From positions 3,712,001 to 3,776,000 of the forward strand of contig OZ242029.1 in assembly GCA_965205015.1 (NCBI GenBank): a stretch of 64,000 nucleotides of DNA, read 5' to 3'. The stretch's first letter is position 1. Every line of letters begins with the position of its first letter. The stretch is from Candidatus Poribacteria bacterium. GTDB lineage: Bacteria; Poribacteria; WGA-4E; WGA-3G. This document shows, piece after piece, positions 1-10,250 of the stretch. The position numbers and the translations under genes were made by a program. Under the pieces are notes generated by a model that made no database searches, was not told the origin of the DNA, and saw only the letters and a program-made list of their open reading frames with translations.

Positions 1-7
1 AACTGCT

Positions 8-844
8 TCATTGGAACAACTGCCAGCTTCTGCCGGGGAGATCGCTGCGGAACACCTCTACATTTCCCCTGTCTGCCATTGTGACATAACAGGTGCGTCC
101 GTCTGGACCGCCGAAAGCGATATTGGAGCAGAGTTTACCCGTTAACTGGACTTCCAATAACACCTCACCTGCGGGTGAGAGTTTCGCGACGGTGCCTTTG
201 CCGTGTCGGGTGATATAGAGATTGCCTTCAATATCGCACCGCATGCCGTCCATGTTGAAATCCGGGAACTGAATCAGGAGCCGTTTATTGCTAACCTCGC
301 CTTCAGGGGAGAGGTCATACGCCCAGACGTTCCGTTGTGCGGATTCGTTGACGTACAGCACCTTTTCATCGGGACTCACTTCGATCCCGTTTGTCGTGCC
401 CATATCCGCTTCCAGTAAGGTCACCGTTCCATCCGTATCGACCCGCCAGATTTGTCCGGTTGACGCGCCCCAATTCGGATCACTCGCATAGAGGATATCG
501 TTCGCGCCAATGGCGAGATCGTTCGGCTGATTCATTGTCGGTTCGTGGGCATGGACGGTGATGCTCCGTGTGTCCATATCCACTTTGAGGACATTGTGAT
601 TCGTGTAATCAGCGATGAACATAAAGCCTGCGCTGTCGAAACGGATGCCGTTGCCGATGCTACCGGTTGGGAGTTCGATAAAAACGCTGGCTGTGCCGTC
701 GGGTGTCACCTTACCGATGGTGTGTTGCCGTTCGTAGTTAACGGCGTATAGATTTCCCTCAGCATCACAGGCGGGTCCCTCGATTCCCGATGTAAATCCG
801 TTAACGGGTGTAAATTCTTGACTGACAAAAAGTTCTTCGTTCAT
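8..844 (-). CDS. SMP-30/gluconolactonase/LRE family beta-propeller protein
   Basis: EGP..D..GNLY, PNDL, NGIEVSPD and DGMRCDIEGNLY motifs typical of the SGL family. Confidence 0.85.
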   Translation of the reverse strand: MNEELFVSQEFTPVNGFTSGIEGPACDAEGNLYAVNYERQHTIGKVTPDGTASVFIELPTGSIGNGIRFDSAGFMFIADYTNHNVLKVDMDTRSITVHAHEPTMNQPNDLAIGANDILYASDPNWGASTGQIWRVDTDGTVTLLEADMGTTNGIEVSPDEKVLYVNESAQRNVWAYDLSPEGEVSNKRLLIQFPDFNMDGMRCDIEGNLYITRHGKGTVAKLSPAGEVLLEVQLTGKLCSNIAFGGPDGRTCYVTMADRGNVEVFRSDLPGRSWQLFQ

Positions 845-861
845 TGTTCAATTCCTTAAAT

Positions 862-2034
862 TCAGTTTGTGGTGCAGAGCACAAATACGCCGGTATAGGC
901 ATGCGCGAAGTTGCGTCCACCGATCGGTGCAAACTCTGAATTCCCGAAAAACCCGATAACGGGGAGTCCCGGAAACTTCTCTTGGATAACACCGATGTCG
1001 TGATTTGCTGCGCCGTATAACCCTTTACCGCGACCTAAGCAGTTAAAATAGAGTCCGAATGCGGGTGGCTGTTGCCGCGTTTTCTCGGCTAACTGTGTGA
1101 GAATCACCTGTATTTCTTCTGCAGCGGCGTTTGGATTTCGCAGATGGAACTGCACCAATTGCCCTTCCGTTACCTCCTCGGACACAGCCAGGGCATCGTG
1201 CTCCTCGTTAATACCGATCAGATTGCGAATCAGAAAATCTCCGCGGATCGGATTTTTATTTTCGGGATCCATTGCGATCCCGACGAAAACTGTGCCGCCT
1301 GAGCGACGAATATCATCCTGTGTTAGCAGTTGCAAGGTTCCCTTAAAGTTTTCCAATGCAGGCTCACCGTCCAATTCAAAAATAACGCGGCCCTCTGCTC
1401 TTGTAACCTCACGGGATCTACCGATGGGTTGACACCCTTGTGCTACACCGATCTCCGTGTTGAAATCTCCGGTGAGGAGGATACCCGTCAGTCCGCCTTC
1501 GGTTGCCTCTTCGCCTTTCCAATGATACATCTGCGCCCCGGTTGCATCACCAGAAACGGCAGCACCGACGACAGGCAGTTCCGTTCCATCATCACCAATA
1601 TGTGTTACGAGTTCTGCTGGGTTCACAGTCCGAACATCCGGGAAGATGACGAGAAGGGCGTCATCGTCGAGTTCAGGCTGAATGTCTTTTTGTATCTGCT
1701 CGCCTACCTCAGCTGCCGTGCCTCGCGCGCTAAAGGATACCGCCGAAAGTTGCTCGCTACGGATCACCATTACCGCGAGCGCGGGTTCTTCCTCAAACTC
1801 TCCTGCTGACGTCAAGACACTCATGCCACTGCATCCAATGAGTTCATCACAATTGGCGTTAGATTGGACTGCTTGGTACAAGTCTCCATATTCCGTTTGA
1901 TAGTTGATGGTCGCAAAGACGATTGCGAGATCCGCTTTGGCGATACCGGCGTTCCCCATTGCCATAATTGTTGCGCGCTCGGCGGCTTCCGAAGTGGAGA
2001 GGCTTTGCGAATGTCCGACACCTACATGAATCAT
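862..2034 (-). CDS. FIST N/FIST C domain protein
   Basis: LIGCSG..GE, VAQGCQPIG and YFNCLGRG...GFFGNSEFAP motifs; start moved to ATG 2034 (MIHVGVGHS). Confidence 0.85.
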   Translation of the reverse strand: MIHVGVGHSQSLSTSEAAERATIMAMGNAGIAKADLAIVFATINYQTEYGDLYQAVQSNANCDELIGCSGMSVLTSAGEFEEEPALAVMVIRSEQLSAVSFSARGTAAEVGEQIQKDIQPELDDDALLVIFPDVRTVNPAELVTHIGDDGTELPVVGAAVSGDATGAQMYHWKGEEATEGGLTGILLTGDFNTEIGVAQGCQPIGRSREVTRAEGRVIFELDGEPALENFKGTLQLLTQDDIRRSGGTVFVGIAMDPENKNPIRGDFLIRNLIGINEEHDALAVSEEVTEGQLVQFHLRNPNAAAEEIQVILTQLAEKTRQQPPAFGLYFNCLGRGKGLYGAANHDIGVIQEKFPGLPVIGFFGNSEFAPIGGRNFAHAYTGVFVLCTTN

Positions 2035-2276
2035 CTTTCTCACCTGCCTTTTTGCGATAATAATACAGTATCCACAAGAAAAGGTCAACAATTACTCTCC
2101 GAAAAAACAGTGCGTGAAAACAGAGATATATGGTATACTAACCAGTATATGGCAGATTTACGGGAGAATGCGTTGGAATATTTGGTTTTCATTTTTATTT
2201 GGAAGTTCCAGGAGGACCGAATGATTCTGCGATAACATATTGCGTCAAGAGAAGCGTAAATTGGAGGAATAGGGAT

Positions 2277-3110
2277 TTGTCAGCCGAACTCCTTAATGGT
2301 AATCAACTTGCGAAGCGCGTCCGGAGCCAGATCCGGCGAAAATTAAAAAAACTCACATTCACACCGGGTCTCGCTGTTGTTCAAGTCGGCGATGACCCTG
2401 CATCAACGCTCTATATCAAACACAAACAACGTGATTGTGAAAAGGTGCATTTCCATTCCGAAGTCCACCGCTTACCGGCAGACACTCACCAAGACACCCT
2501 GATTGAACACGTTGAAGCTCTCAATGAACGGACGGATATCCATGGGATACTGGTGCAAATGCCACTCCCAGAGGGGATAGATAAAGAGGCAGTCATTGAC
2601 ACGATTTCTCCGGAGAAAGATGCGGACGGGCTGAACCCCGTCAATTTAGGGAATCTCCTCATCAACCGCGAGGGTGTGACCCCTTGTACACCCACAGGGA
2701 TTATTCGTCTGATTGAATTAACAGGTGAACAGATTGAGGGCAAGCACGCTGTCTGTATCGGTAGAAGTCCGTTGGTCGGTAAATCTGTTGGATTGATGCT
2801 CCTGAATCGAAACGCTACCGTTACGTATTGCCATTCCCGAACGATAGATTTGACAGCGGAGGTTCAGAAAGCAGATATCCTCGTTGCTGCTGTCGGTAGA
2901 CCGGAGTTTGTAACTGTGGACATGGTGAAACCTGGTGCTATCGTCATTGATGTCGGTATTAACCATGTCAATGGCCGCGCTATCGGGGATGTCAAATTTG
3001 AGGGCGTTAAAGAGGTGGCAGGATTTATAACCCCCGTCCCCGGGGGTGTGGGTCCTATGACACGCGCAATGTTATTAGAAAATACTTTGAAATTAGCGAT
3101 TGGAGGCTAA
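2277..3110 (+). CDS. folD: Bifunctional methylenetetrahydrofolate dehydrogenase/cyclohydrolase
   Basis: VQVGDDPAS, GILVQMPLP, PEKDADG, PCTPTG, IDVGIN, TPVPGGVGPMT; TTG start after GGAGGA. Confidence 0.95.
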   Translation: MSAELLNGNQLAKRVRSQIRRKLKKLTFTPGLAVVQVGDDPASTLYIKHKQRDCEKVHFHSEVHRLPADTHQDTLIEHVEALNERTDIHGILVQMPLPEGIDKEAVIDTISPEKDADGLNPVNLGNLLINREGVTPCTPTGIIRLIELTGEQIEGKHAVCIGRSPLVGKSVGLMLLNRNATVTYCHSRTIDLTAEVQKADILVAAVGRPEFVTVDMVKPGAIVIDVGINHVNGRAIGDVKFEGVKEVAGFITPVPGGVGPMTRAMLLENTLKLAIGG

Positions 3111-3114
3111 CATA

Positions 3115-3879
3115 ATGGCGTTTCCAGGATTTGAATTGAAAGATAAGGTCATGTTAATCACGGGTTCCGGCAAGGGCATCGGCAGGGGAATCGCGCTCGC
3201 CGCTGCTCAGATGGGTGCGAAAGTCATTTTGAACAGTCGCACGCCGTCTGATCTTGAGGAGGTCGCGAGCGAGATCCGTGCGGACGGAGGTGAAGCGGCG
3301 TCGGTTGTGTTTGACGTTAGCGATATGACACAGGTTGCGACAGGTGCACAAGCGGCACTTGATGTCTGGGGGAGAGTGGATGTTCTCGTGAATAACGCCG
3401 GCACCAACCGTCCGAAACCCGCACTTGAGTTAACTGAAGACGATTGGGATGCGATCTATGATCTGAATCTTAAAGGACTGTTCTTCCTAACGCAGACGCT
3501 TGTGAAACCGATGATAGAGCGGGAGAGCGGAAAAATCATCAATATTTCCTCGACGATGGGCTTGGTAGGTGGACCGTTGCGGACTGCGTATTCAGGGAGC
3601 AAAGGCGGTGTCGTGTTGTTAACGAAAGGACTCGCCGTTGAATGGGCACCGCATAACGTTACTGTGAACGCTGTGGCACCGGCGTTTACGCGGACACCGC
3701 TTGCTGACGTTCTGTTACAACGCAAGGAATTTTATGAAGATGTTGTCCGCCGTATCCCGATGGGACGTGTCGGTGAGGTGGACGAGGTTGTCGGCGCAGT
3801 GCTGTTCTTAGCATCAGAGGCAGCAAACTGGGTGACTGGACAAACGATCGCCGTTGATGGCGGTTGGGTGGCTTGGTAA
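3115..3879 (+). CDS. SDR family oxidoreductase
   Basis: TGSGKGIG, NNAG, YSGSK catalytic motif, VTGQTIAVDGG. Confidence 0.92.
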   Translation: MAFPGFELKDKVMLITGSGKGIGRGIALAAAQMGAKVILNSRTPSDLEEVASEIRADGGEAASVVFDVSDMTQVATGAQAALDVWGRVDVLVNNAGTNRPKPALELTEDDWDAIYDLNLKGLFFLTQTLVKPMIERESGKIINISSTMGLVGGPLRTAYSGSKGGVVLLTKGLAVEWAPHNVTVNAVAPAFTRTPLADVLLQRKEFYEDVVRRIPMGRVGEVDEVVGAVLFLASEAANWVTGQTIAVDGGWVAW

Positions 3880-3882
3880 TTT

Positions 3883-5010
3883 TTACCAATTTTGACACAC
3901 AACCGGTTTTCGTTCGGCATAGCACCTCACTATGTCAATAATGAGTGCGATATCGTTCCGCGCAGATTCCAGTGAGGTATAACACGGTTCACCTTCTGTG
4001 ATACACGCATGGAAATGACGTAGTTCCCGGACAAACGCGCTTTCCCATTCAACAGCGGGTGTCTTGCTATAGGTCGTGCCATCGGGGTCTATCCCGTGTA
4101 TTGTTACCTCTGACAGGATACCGCGTGAAAAGCCGGTCGGATAGGATACGATCACGCGTTTGGTATCGCCGTAGATTTCTAAGGTCTCTTTAAAGTCCCA
4201 GAGGTCTGGCAGATCGACCCATGTCGCGACACAGCGGGCACCGTTCGGATAGCCAAACACGATCGTCACACCGCGTCCTTCGGACCAGACTTCGGCGCTA
4301 ATCACCTCGCTCGGCGAACCGAGCATTACCCGCAGACTGTAGATGTCGTGGATCATGCTGCCGGCAAGCAGGTAGAACACACGTGCGGCTTTGCTTTGGA
4401 TGTCGTTTTCGAGTCCGGTTTCTGACAGGACATCACCGATGGCTTCTGCTTGTGCTTTTTCTCGCGCCGCGCCCGCAGGCTTAAAGGCATCCGCAGAAAC
4501 ATCGTCAAAACGTTCAACATCAAATTGGCTCAGGTGTAAACTATTATTCGGATGGAGATGATTGATCTGCACAAAGCGGTAACTCTCCATTGTATCCACT
4601 TCGCGCTTGGCGAGTTGGAAGGCTGGATCATGTACCTTCATATATCCGGCTTGTGCGACGGTGTCTGCCGCACGCTGTGCAGCGAGCATCGCATCCATTT
4701 CTTGAAGTGAAAAACAGACGGGTTTTTCAATAAAAACGTGTTTCCCTGCCTTAAATGCAGCGAGTGCGACTTCCGTCTTTGGATCGCCGTGACACAGCAG
4801 CACGGCATCTACATCTGTGTTGAGCAATTCATTGACATCTGTCACGAATTGCGGAACATGGAACCGCTTTGAAACGGCTTGCGCTGCCCCCCGCGAAAGA
4901 TCACAAACGATGGATACTTCAAATTCTCGATGAAGTGCGGTAAGGTTGGGGAGATGATGTACTTGCGCGATGGCACCACACCCGACAACACCTATTCGGA
5001 CACGACTCAT
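3883..5010 (-). CDS. Gfo/Idh/MocA family oxidoreductase
   Basis: GVVGCGAIA Rossmann motif, AGKHVFIEKP, IHD. Confidence 0.88.
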   Translation of the reverse strand: MSRVRIGVVGCGAIAQVHHLPNLTALHREFEVSIVCDLSRGAAQAVSKRFHVPQFVTDVNELLNTDVDAVLLCHGDPKTEVALAAFKAGKHVFIEKPVCFSLQEMDAMLAAQRAADTVAQAGYMKVHDPAFQLAKREVDTMESYRFVQINHLHPNNSLHLSQFDVERFDDVSADAFKPAGAAREKAQAEAIGDVLSETGLENDIQSKAARVFYLLAGSMIHDIYSLRVMLGSPSEVISAEVWSEGRGVTIVFGYPNGARCVATWVDLPDLWDFKETLEIYGDTKRVIVSYPTGFSRGILSEVTIHGIDPDGTTYSKTPAVEWESAFVRELRHFHACITEGEPCYTSLESARNDIALIIDIVRCYAERKPVVCQNW

Positions 5011-5151
5011 ATCTTTTACCTCCGATAGATAATGCTTCCTATACGTCTATCGTATCATATACCTGAAATAGATGCAATGTTTGGTTATCGGTTTTCGGTT
5101 GTCAGCGGTCGGCAGTCGGGATTCTACAGAAAGATTGACACCGTTGGGAAG

Positions 5152-5180
5152 TTGACAATAAAAGTAAAAACTCTCATAAT
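5152..5180 (+). promoter_or_regulatory. sigma70-type promoter
   Basis: TTGACA-17 nt-CATAAT upstream of ORF 5219. Confidence 0.6.
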
Positions 5181-5218
5181 AGATGCAACAGATTCTGTGA
5201 AGAATAGGGGGTATAGGT

Positions 5219-6835
5219 ATGGACTTGGCAATGATCCCGTGGCAGATGGTTCTTTTGTGTGGTTTGTCGGTTTGTGTTGGATGGGGGATACGCGGTAACT
5301 TTGGGCATGAATATGGTGCAGCACTCGCCGGTGCGCTTGGAGCGGTGGCAATTGCCCTGCTCTCTGGGCGTGAGGACTGGTGGCGACATGTCCACTATTT
5401 CGCTTTGTTTGGGGCAATCGGTTGGTCCTTTGGCGGAAGCATGTCGTATATGATGGTCGTCGGATATAGCCATTCTTCACACCCATTGACGGTGTTTTAT
5501 GGGTTTGCGAATCTGTTCGTTATCGGTTTTCTGTGGGCGGCCCTCGGTGGTGCTGGGACCGCGCTGCCTGCGTTCCTGACGCATTCCCAACTCTCGCTCC
5601 TCTTTACACCAATCCTGGCAGTCTTCATCGGTTGGTCGCTTCAGGCTGTGATTATCGATCGGGTCCTTGCCCCGAAACGGATGCAACGGCATGAGAGTCC
5701 GCTGTATTGGTACGACACGGATTGGGTGTCGGCGCTGGTGGCAATCGTTTCGGCACTTATCGTCGCGCTCTTCCGTGGTGGTTTGGACATGGGTACAAAC
5801 CTCGTCCTGTATCTGGGCATCTGTTGGTTCGGTGGGTTTTTGTTGCTGGTAAACATTTGTCGTCTCCGTATGACACCCCCGCGTGGGGATAACTGGGCGG
5901 GTTGCGTCGGTATGGTTATCGGGATCTTGGGATACTGTTCGCGTTATGAACTCAGCGGGGTCGCTTTCGCTACCTTGATGACGGGGTTCGGAGGCGGTAT
6001 CGCCTTTTCATTTGGACAATTGCTGAAACTCATCTACATCTGGACGGGTAACAAAATAAATTGGCACACGAATTGGCACAGTGTCATGGAGCAGACGCAA
6101 GGCTTCCTATTCGGACTCGGTATTGCAATACCGTTTGGTCTCCTTCTTAACCGAGCCCCACTGTTAGAAACCGGCTCGAATCTCCCGCAATGGATGGAAA
6201 TATTCGCTGTGTTCTGTGTGCTGATTCTACTGACCTACGTCAATTATCGGAAGGCAGCCGGAACGTGGGTGGATTTGGTCGAGGGTTTACCGGAGCGGTT
6301 CTTTGGGCTGCCGGTTGTCGGTTGGTTTCGGCATTCGCGAGGATGGATAGGCTGGTTCGAACTCTTTTATATCGGGCTCGGTATCGCCTGTGTATGGCTT
6401 TTGTCGGTACATTTCCGAGAACCGCTTGCCTTTCTCCCGACGAGTTGGTTGGGGAAGGGGCAACTGCTCTATTTTGTATTCCTGTGGTGGGTGGTTATCT
6501 TCAACTTTGAACGCGCTTTGGTCGGTTTCAGTCCACATCGATTGGTAACGGAAGGTGTGATTACGCTCAACGCGATTATCTGTACCGTGCTGATGGCACT
6601 CGGTCCACTATCGGTGCCGAAACAGACGGCTGGTCTCTTTTCATTTAATGAATGGGTTCTACAGACATTGATCTGGGGGCTTGTCGTGCTGGTAGGATCC
6701 ACCGTTGTTTTTTGGGGTGTGAAGCATCTGCTTTTCGGAAAGGCACACGCGCCGGGTGCGTCATTACATATCCGTTTCGGACCGGATGCCAATGCCCCGA
6801 AAGAGAAACCGAAAGCAGGGGAACAGCATCCGTAA
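5219..6835 (+). CDS. Multi-pass membrane protein, function unknown
   Basis: 538-aa ORF with many hydrophobic Gly/Trp-rich helices (GWGIRGNFGHEYGA). Confidence 0.75.
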   Translation: MDLAMIPWQMVLLCGLSVCVGWGIRGNFGHEYGAALAGALGAVAIALLSGREDWWRHVHYFALFGAIGWSFGGSMSYMMVVGYSHSSHPLTVFYGFANLFVIGFLWAALGGAGTALPAFLTHSQLSLLFTPILAVFIGWSLQAVIIDRVLAPKRMQRHESPLYWYDTDWVSALVAIVSALIVALFRGGLDMGTNLVLYLGICWFGGFLLLVNICRLRMTPPRGDNWAGCVGMVIGILGYCSRYELSGVAFATLMTGFGGGIAFSFGQLLKLIYIWTGNKINWHTNWHSVMEQTQGFLFGLGIAIPFGLLLNRAPLLETGSNLPQWMEIFAVFCVLILLTYVNYRKAAGTWVDLVEGLPERFFGLPVVGWFRHSRGWIGWFELFYIGLGIACVWLLSVHFREPLAFLPTSWLGKGQLLYFVFLWWVVIFNFERALVGFSPHRLVTEGVITLNAIICTVLMALGPLSVPKQTAGLFSFNEWVLQTLIWGLVVLVGSTVVFWGVKHLLFGKAHAPGASLHIRFGPDANAPKEKPKAGEQHP

Positions 6836-6871
6836 TGAGATTTAGCATTTTGATGACTTTTTTGAAAAAGG

Positions 6872-6900
6872 TTGACATCTGTTAGGGATTCGGTTATAAT
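6872..6900 (+). promoter_or_regulatory. Perfect consensus sigma70 promoter
   Basis: TTGACA-17 nt-TATAAT, followed by AAAGGAGGT RBS before ATG 6945. Confidence 0.8.
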
Positions 6901-6944
6901 GCTTCTATATTGTTGAGACTACTGCTAAAAGGAGGTATAAAGTA

Positions 6945-7334
6945 ATGAATAAAGAGGACCTTATCCTTCAGAAACTGGAATCTATGGAGACTGAGATAAA
7001 AGATACTCGTTCGGAGATAAAGGATGTTCGTTCGGAGATAAAGGATGTTCGTTCGGAGATAAAGGATATTCATTTTGAACTGAAGGATATCCGGGAAGAT
7101 GCATCAGAAATGAAAGTAAATCAAGCCAAACATGAAGGCAGTTTGCATACTATGGAGACCAAAATGAATGGTGAGTTCCAAAGGTTGGAGACCAAACTTG
7201 ACGGTCTGATCGAAAGTATGCGCGAGCGAAAATTGGACACAAACGAGCGTTGGAAAATAGGGGGCATCATCATCTCGTGTGGAGTTGCTGTTGTGTCGCT
7301 GATTCTCTCCATCCTTACGAGAATGGGACAGTAG
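6945..7334 (+). CDS. Small coiled-coil protein with C-terminal transmembrane anchor
   Basis: Heptad repeats (SEIKDVR), hydrophobic C-terminus, strong promoter and RBS. Confidence 0.8.
   Translation: MNKEDLILQKLESMETEIKDTRSEIKDVRSEIKDVRSEIKDIHFELKDIREDASEMKVNQAKHEGSLHTMETKMNGEFQRLETKLDGLIESMRERKLDTNERWKIGGIIISCGVAVVSLILSILTRMGQ
7008..7070 (+). repeat. 21-bp coding tandem repeat, 3 copies
   Basis: CGTTCGGAGATAAAGGATGTT x3 (last copy has one mismatch). Confidence 0.9.
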
Positions 7335-7365
7335 GAACTACTGCTTTGTCCAATCCAAACTGAGT

Positions 7366-7396
7366 GTTGGGTTTCACTACGTTCAACCCAACCTAC
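7366..7396 (-). repeat. GTAG-type REP-like palindrome
   Basis: Reverse complement is GTAGGTTGGGTTGAACGTAGTGAAACCCAAC; the same motif recurs at 16393-16638. Confidence 0.7.
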
Positions 7397-7443
7397 GGGT
7401 TTTCCTCCTATCATTTTAATCTGGACAGAACACTACCAGCTTA

Positions 7444-8589
7444 CTATAAATGCCGTTGGCGATACACCTGTCCGCCCTTGACAACGACGACCGGTTCCAG
7501 TATCTGTTTGCCGATTCTCACCTGATCATTTGCATCTACGAGTTGAAATTCACCCTCACGCAGTTCAAAAATTACCGCATCTCCCCACGCATCGACAGCC
7601 AAGGTCCCAACCTGCCCCGGCATCAAGATGGTATCTGCAGGAATGCTCGTAACTTTCGCCAAGGCATCGTCAAGCGACATACCGAGATACAGGAATTTGT
7701 TGACGACATTGACGAGATCGTAGACGGGACCCTTGACGTTATAGATGTGCAGGTCGGACGAGATGGTCGTCGGTTCAACGCCTTGCGCCATCGCTTTCTG
7801 AACGACATCCCAACTGAAAGAACCTGCTCCGTGTCCAACGTCGAAGATGACCCCGCGCTCGATCGCAGCATGGACGGCGTCCCGAATCCTACCGTTTTCG
7901 TCCAAGATACCGCACGCCATATCGTGGAAGCAGTGTGTTAGGATGTCCCGCTCCCCCATCAGTGCCAATATATCGTCTATGGATTCACACCATGCGTCTT
8001 GTGGATGAACCATTAGCGGTAACCCAGCGGCATCGGCGGCTTCGCGCGCCCTGTGCAACGGCACCATTTTCGCTCTCGCACCGACGATCGTCTCCCGCGT
8101 TAAACGGACCTTGACCCCCAGAATGATGTCGCGATGCTGCTCTATCATCCGACACGCTTTTCCGACATCGGCATAGTCAGGGTTTTCCAGTTCCCCAATC
8201 TCCTGTGTAAGCATGCCTTGTGAAGAGATGTTCAACTGTGCGAGGATACGCGTATCGCTCACGTCAATGACGTATTTACGGAAACCGGGAAACGTATCCG
8301 CTCCCGCTGAACCCGCATCGACGACTGTCGTTGCGCCGCGTGCTAAACAGGTAGGATCGGGTTCAATCCCGAAATGGCTCACGCCGTAGAAGACATGCAC
8401 GTGTAAATCGATTAAACCGGGTGTGACGAAACATCCCTCGGCATCTAATACTTCCCGCGCTTCAGATGAGGGTATATCGTCGCTGATCGCCGAGACGTGT
8501 CCATTCGCGAATGCGATATCTTTACGCGCATGGATACCCTGCGCAGGATCAATGACGGTTCCGTTTTTAATGATGAGTTCATAGTTCAT
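7444..8589 (-). CDS. Amidohydrolase/deacetylase family metallohydrolase (dihydroorotase-like)
   Basis: PGLIDLHVH, GATTVVDAGSAG, THCFH, FDVGHGAGSFS, ISSDLH. Confidence 0.88.
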   Translation of the reverse strand: MNYELIIKNGTVIDPAQGIHARKDIAFANGHVSAISDDIPSSEAREVLDAEGCFVTPGLIDLHVHVFYGVSHFGIEPDPTCLARGATTVVDAGSAGADTFPGFRKYVIDVSDTRILAQLNISSQGMLTQEIGELENPDYADVGKACRMIEQHRDIILGVKVRLTRETIVGARAKMVPLHRAREAADAAGLPLMVHPQDAWCESIDDILALMGERDILTHCFHDMACGILDENGRIRDAVHAAIERGVIFDVGHGAGSFSWDVVQKAMAQGVEPTTISSDLHIYNVKGPVYDLVNVVNKFLYLGMSLDDALAKVTSIPADTILMPGQVGTLAVDAWGDAVIFELREGEFQLVDANDQVRIGKQILEPVVVVKGGQVYRQRHL

Positions 8590-8600
8590 GTGCGAAGTCC

Positions 8601-10112
8601 TTAGAATGTGCTTTCACGATTTGTAATCGGACACCACCGTGCCATGAGCAGGTAATCAAACAGTGCTGACTCTGCTTCTGGGGTGTCGATGCGTTTCAGC
8701 GCCAAGACGGCGTTGTCTCGGACGTACCGGTTTTCGTCGCTAAAGGCGTTTGCGAGCACTGGGACGGCATCGTTTGCAGCGGGTCCAATTTGCGCTAATG
8801 CTAATGCGGCTTCAAATCGCGCCTGCCCATCCTCATCGCTCGCCACCATATCGGTCAGGACAGGTACAGCGGGAGCGGCAATGGGTCCTAAGCCTCCGAA
8901 GGCTTCGGCGAGATAACGACGGACCTCAACGCATTCGTCTTTTGTGCGTTCCATCAATGCGGGGATAGCAGACGCTGCAGGATTTCCAATTTGCGCTAAA
9001 GCGTAGGCGGCTTCAACTCGCACGGCATCTTCGGTATGTTGTAAGGCTTCGCTCAAGGCAGACACAGCGGGTTCACCGACCGCAGCGAGCGCATACGCTG
9101 CCATTCGTCGCATGATTGGGTCTTCCGTACCGAGTGTTTCAATTAGTTGGGACACAGCGGGTTCACCGATCGATCCGAGGGCATACGCGGCGTTCAAACG
9201 GACAGGTTCATACACATCACACAGTGCTTGGATGAGGTGTGGAATTGCTTCTGCACCGGATTCGTCCAACATCCCTAAGTCGTCGGCGGCACGGGAACGG
9301 ACAGTGGCATCGTCATCACCTAATGCAGCGATGTGGTTTGCCAAATCTCCGTTGGCAACCGATTGGGCAGAATTCCCGTTGGACGTGCCTGCCACCCAAT
9401 TCCAGACATGTTTCCACGTTCCTTGATGCGTCGGAGTCGCTGAATCAACATCTCCCAGTTTCCAGTGCGGATCCGTTACGTTCCACTCCGGTTTCTGCGG
9501 TGCGTCCATCCGAATGAACTGGAATTTCATCATGTAGCGGGTCTTGTCGGTCAGATTTGCCATTGCGCGGTGCCAGAGATCGAAGTGAATAATCGTTAGG
9601 GTACCCGCTTCGCCGCTGAGCGCTAATTCACCCTCGTTGTCCTTCGTGATACGCGTATCGTAGTACTGCGTTCCCGGTAAAACTGCTGAGGGTCCGATTT
9701 CGAGCGGCGAGTCTTGGGGATAGTAGAACGCCATTGCCCAGCGGGGACAGTGGTGGCGGACTTTTTGATACCCCCAGTAGCTATCCTTGTGGAATCCTTG
9801 TCCATCGCTGTGAGGGCGGTTCTGATGCGGATGTCGATGGGAATGCATGGCGTAATTCTCGCCCAGAATACTCGTAAACGCGCCACGGACAGTAGGTTCC
9901 TCAAAAACGGCTTGCAATTCGGGGACGCGTGGCAAGATATTATTCCCTAAGTTCCCTTCTTTTGCTGTGAGTTCCTGTGTTTTGCGATAGATCGTTTCGT
10001 GGAAACTGCGCGGCAGATCGGCTTTTACGGTGAGATGTCCGTTCACAATAAATTCTCGCATCTGCGCGTCGGTCAGTTTGTGGCTTTCCTTTAGTTGTGA
10101 ATGCGTTTGCAT
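8601..10112 (-). CDS. Phytanoyl-CoA dioxygenase (PhyH)-like domain fused to HEAT repeats
   Basis: FHKD (HxD), VLPGT, WHR..AN and RYM motifs; C-terminal VR..AA.ALG.IG repeats. Confidence 0.85.
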   Translation of the reverse strand: MQTHSQLKESHKLTDAQMREFIVNGHLTVKADLPRSFHETIYRKTQELTAKEGNLGNNILPRVPELQAVFEEPTVRGAFTSILGENYAMHSHRHPHQNRPHSDGQGFHKDSYWGYQKVRHHCPRWAMAFYYPQDSPLEIGPSAVLPGTQYYDTRITKDNEGELALSGEAGTLTIIHFDLWHRAMANLTDKTRYMMKFQFIRMDAPQKPEWNVTDPHWKLGDVDSATPTHQGTWKHVWNWVAGTSNGNSAQSVANGDLANHIAALGDDDATVRSRAADDLGMLDESGAEAIPHLIQALCDVYEPVRLNAAYALGSIGEPAVSQLIETLGTEDPIMRRMAAYALAAVGEPAVSALSEALQHTEDAVRVEAAYALAQIGNPAASAIPALMERTKDECVEVRRYLAEAFGGLGPIAAPAVPVLTDMVASDEDGQARFEAALALAQIGPAANDAVPVLANAFSDENRYVRDNAVLALKRIDTPEAESALFDYLLMARWCPITNRESTF

Positions 10113-10145
10113 GGTCAAACTCCCTTTTAAGGGTTATCAGTTGTT

Positions 10146-10250
10146 GGGATTCCGAGATCCCTCCTACCAGATATCCAAACGTTCTTAATCTATTTTACGT
10201 GACACGCGTTTATTTGTCATCTATTTTAATTTTTAGGTATCGGTTATCAG
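10146..10250 (+). repeat. Left copy of the decayed direct repeat flanking the CRISPR island
   Basis: 43/51 identity of 10146-10196 to 35839-35889 by manual alignment; similarity continues to about 36015-36073. Confidence 0.7.
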
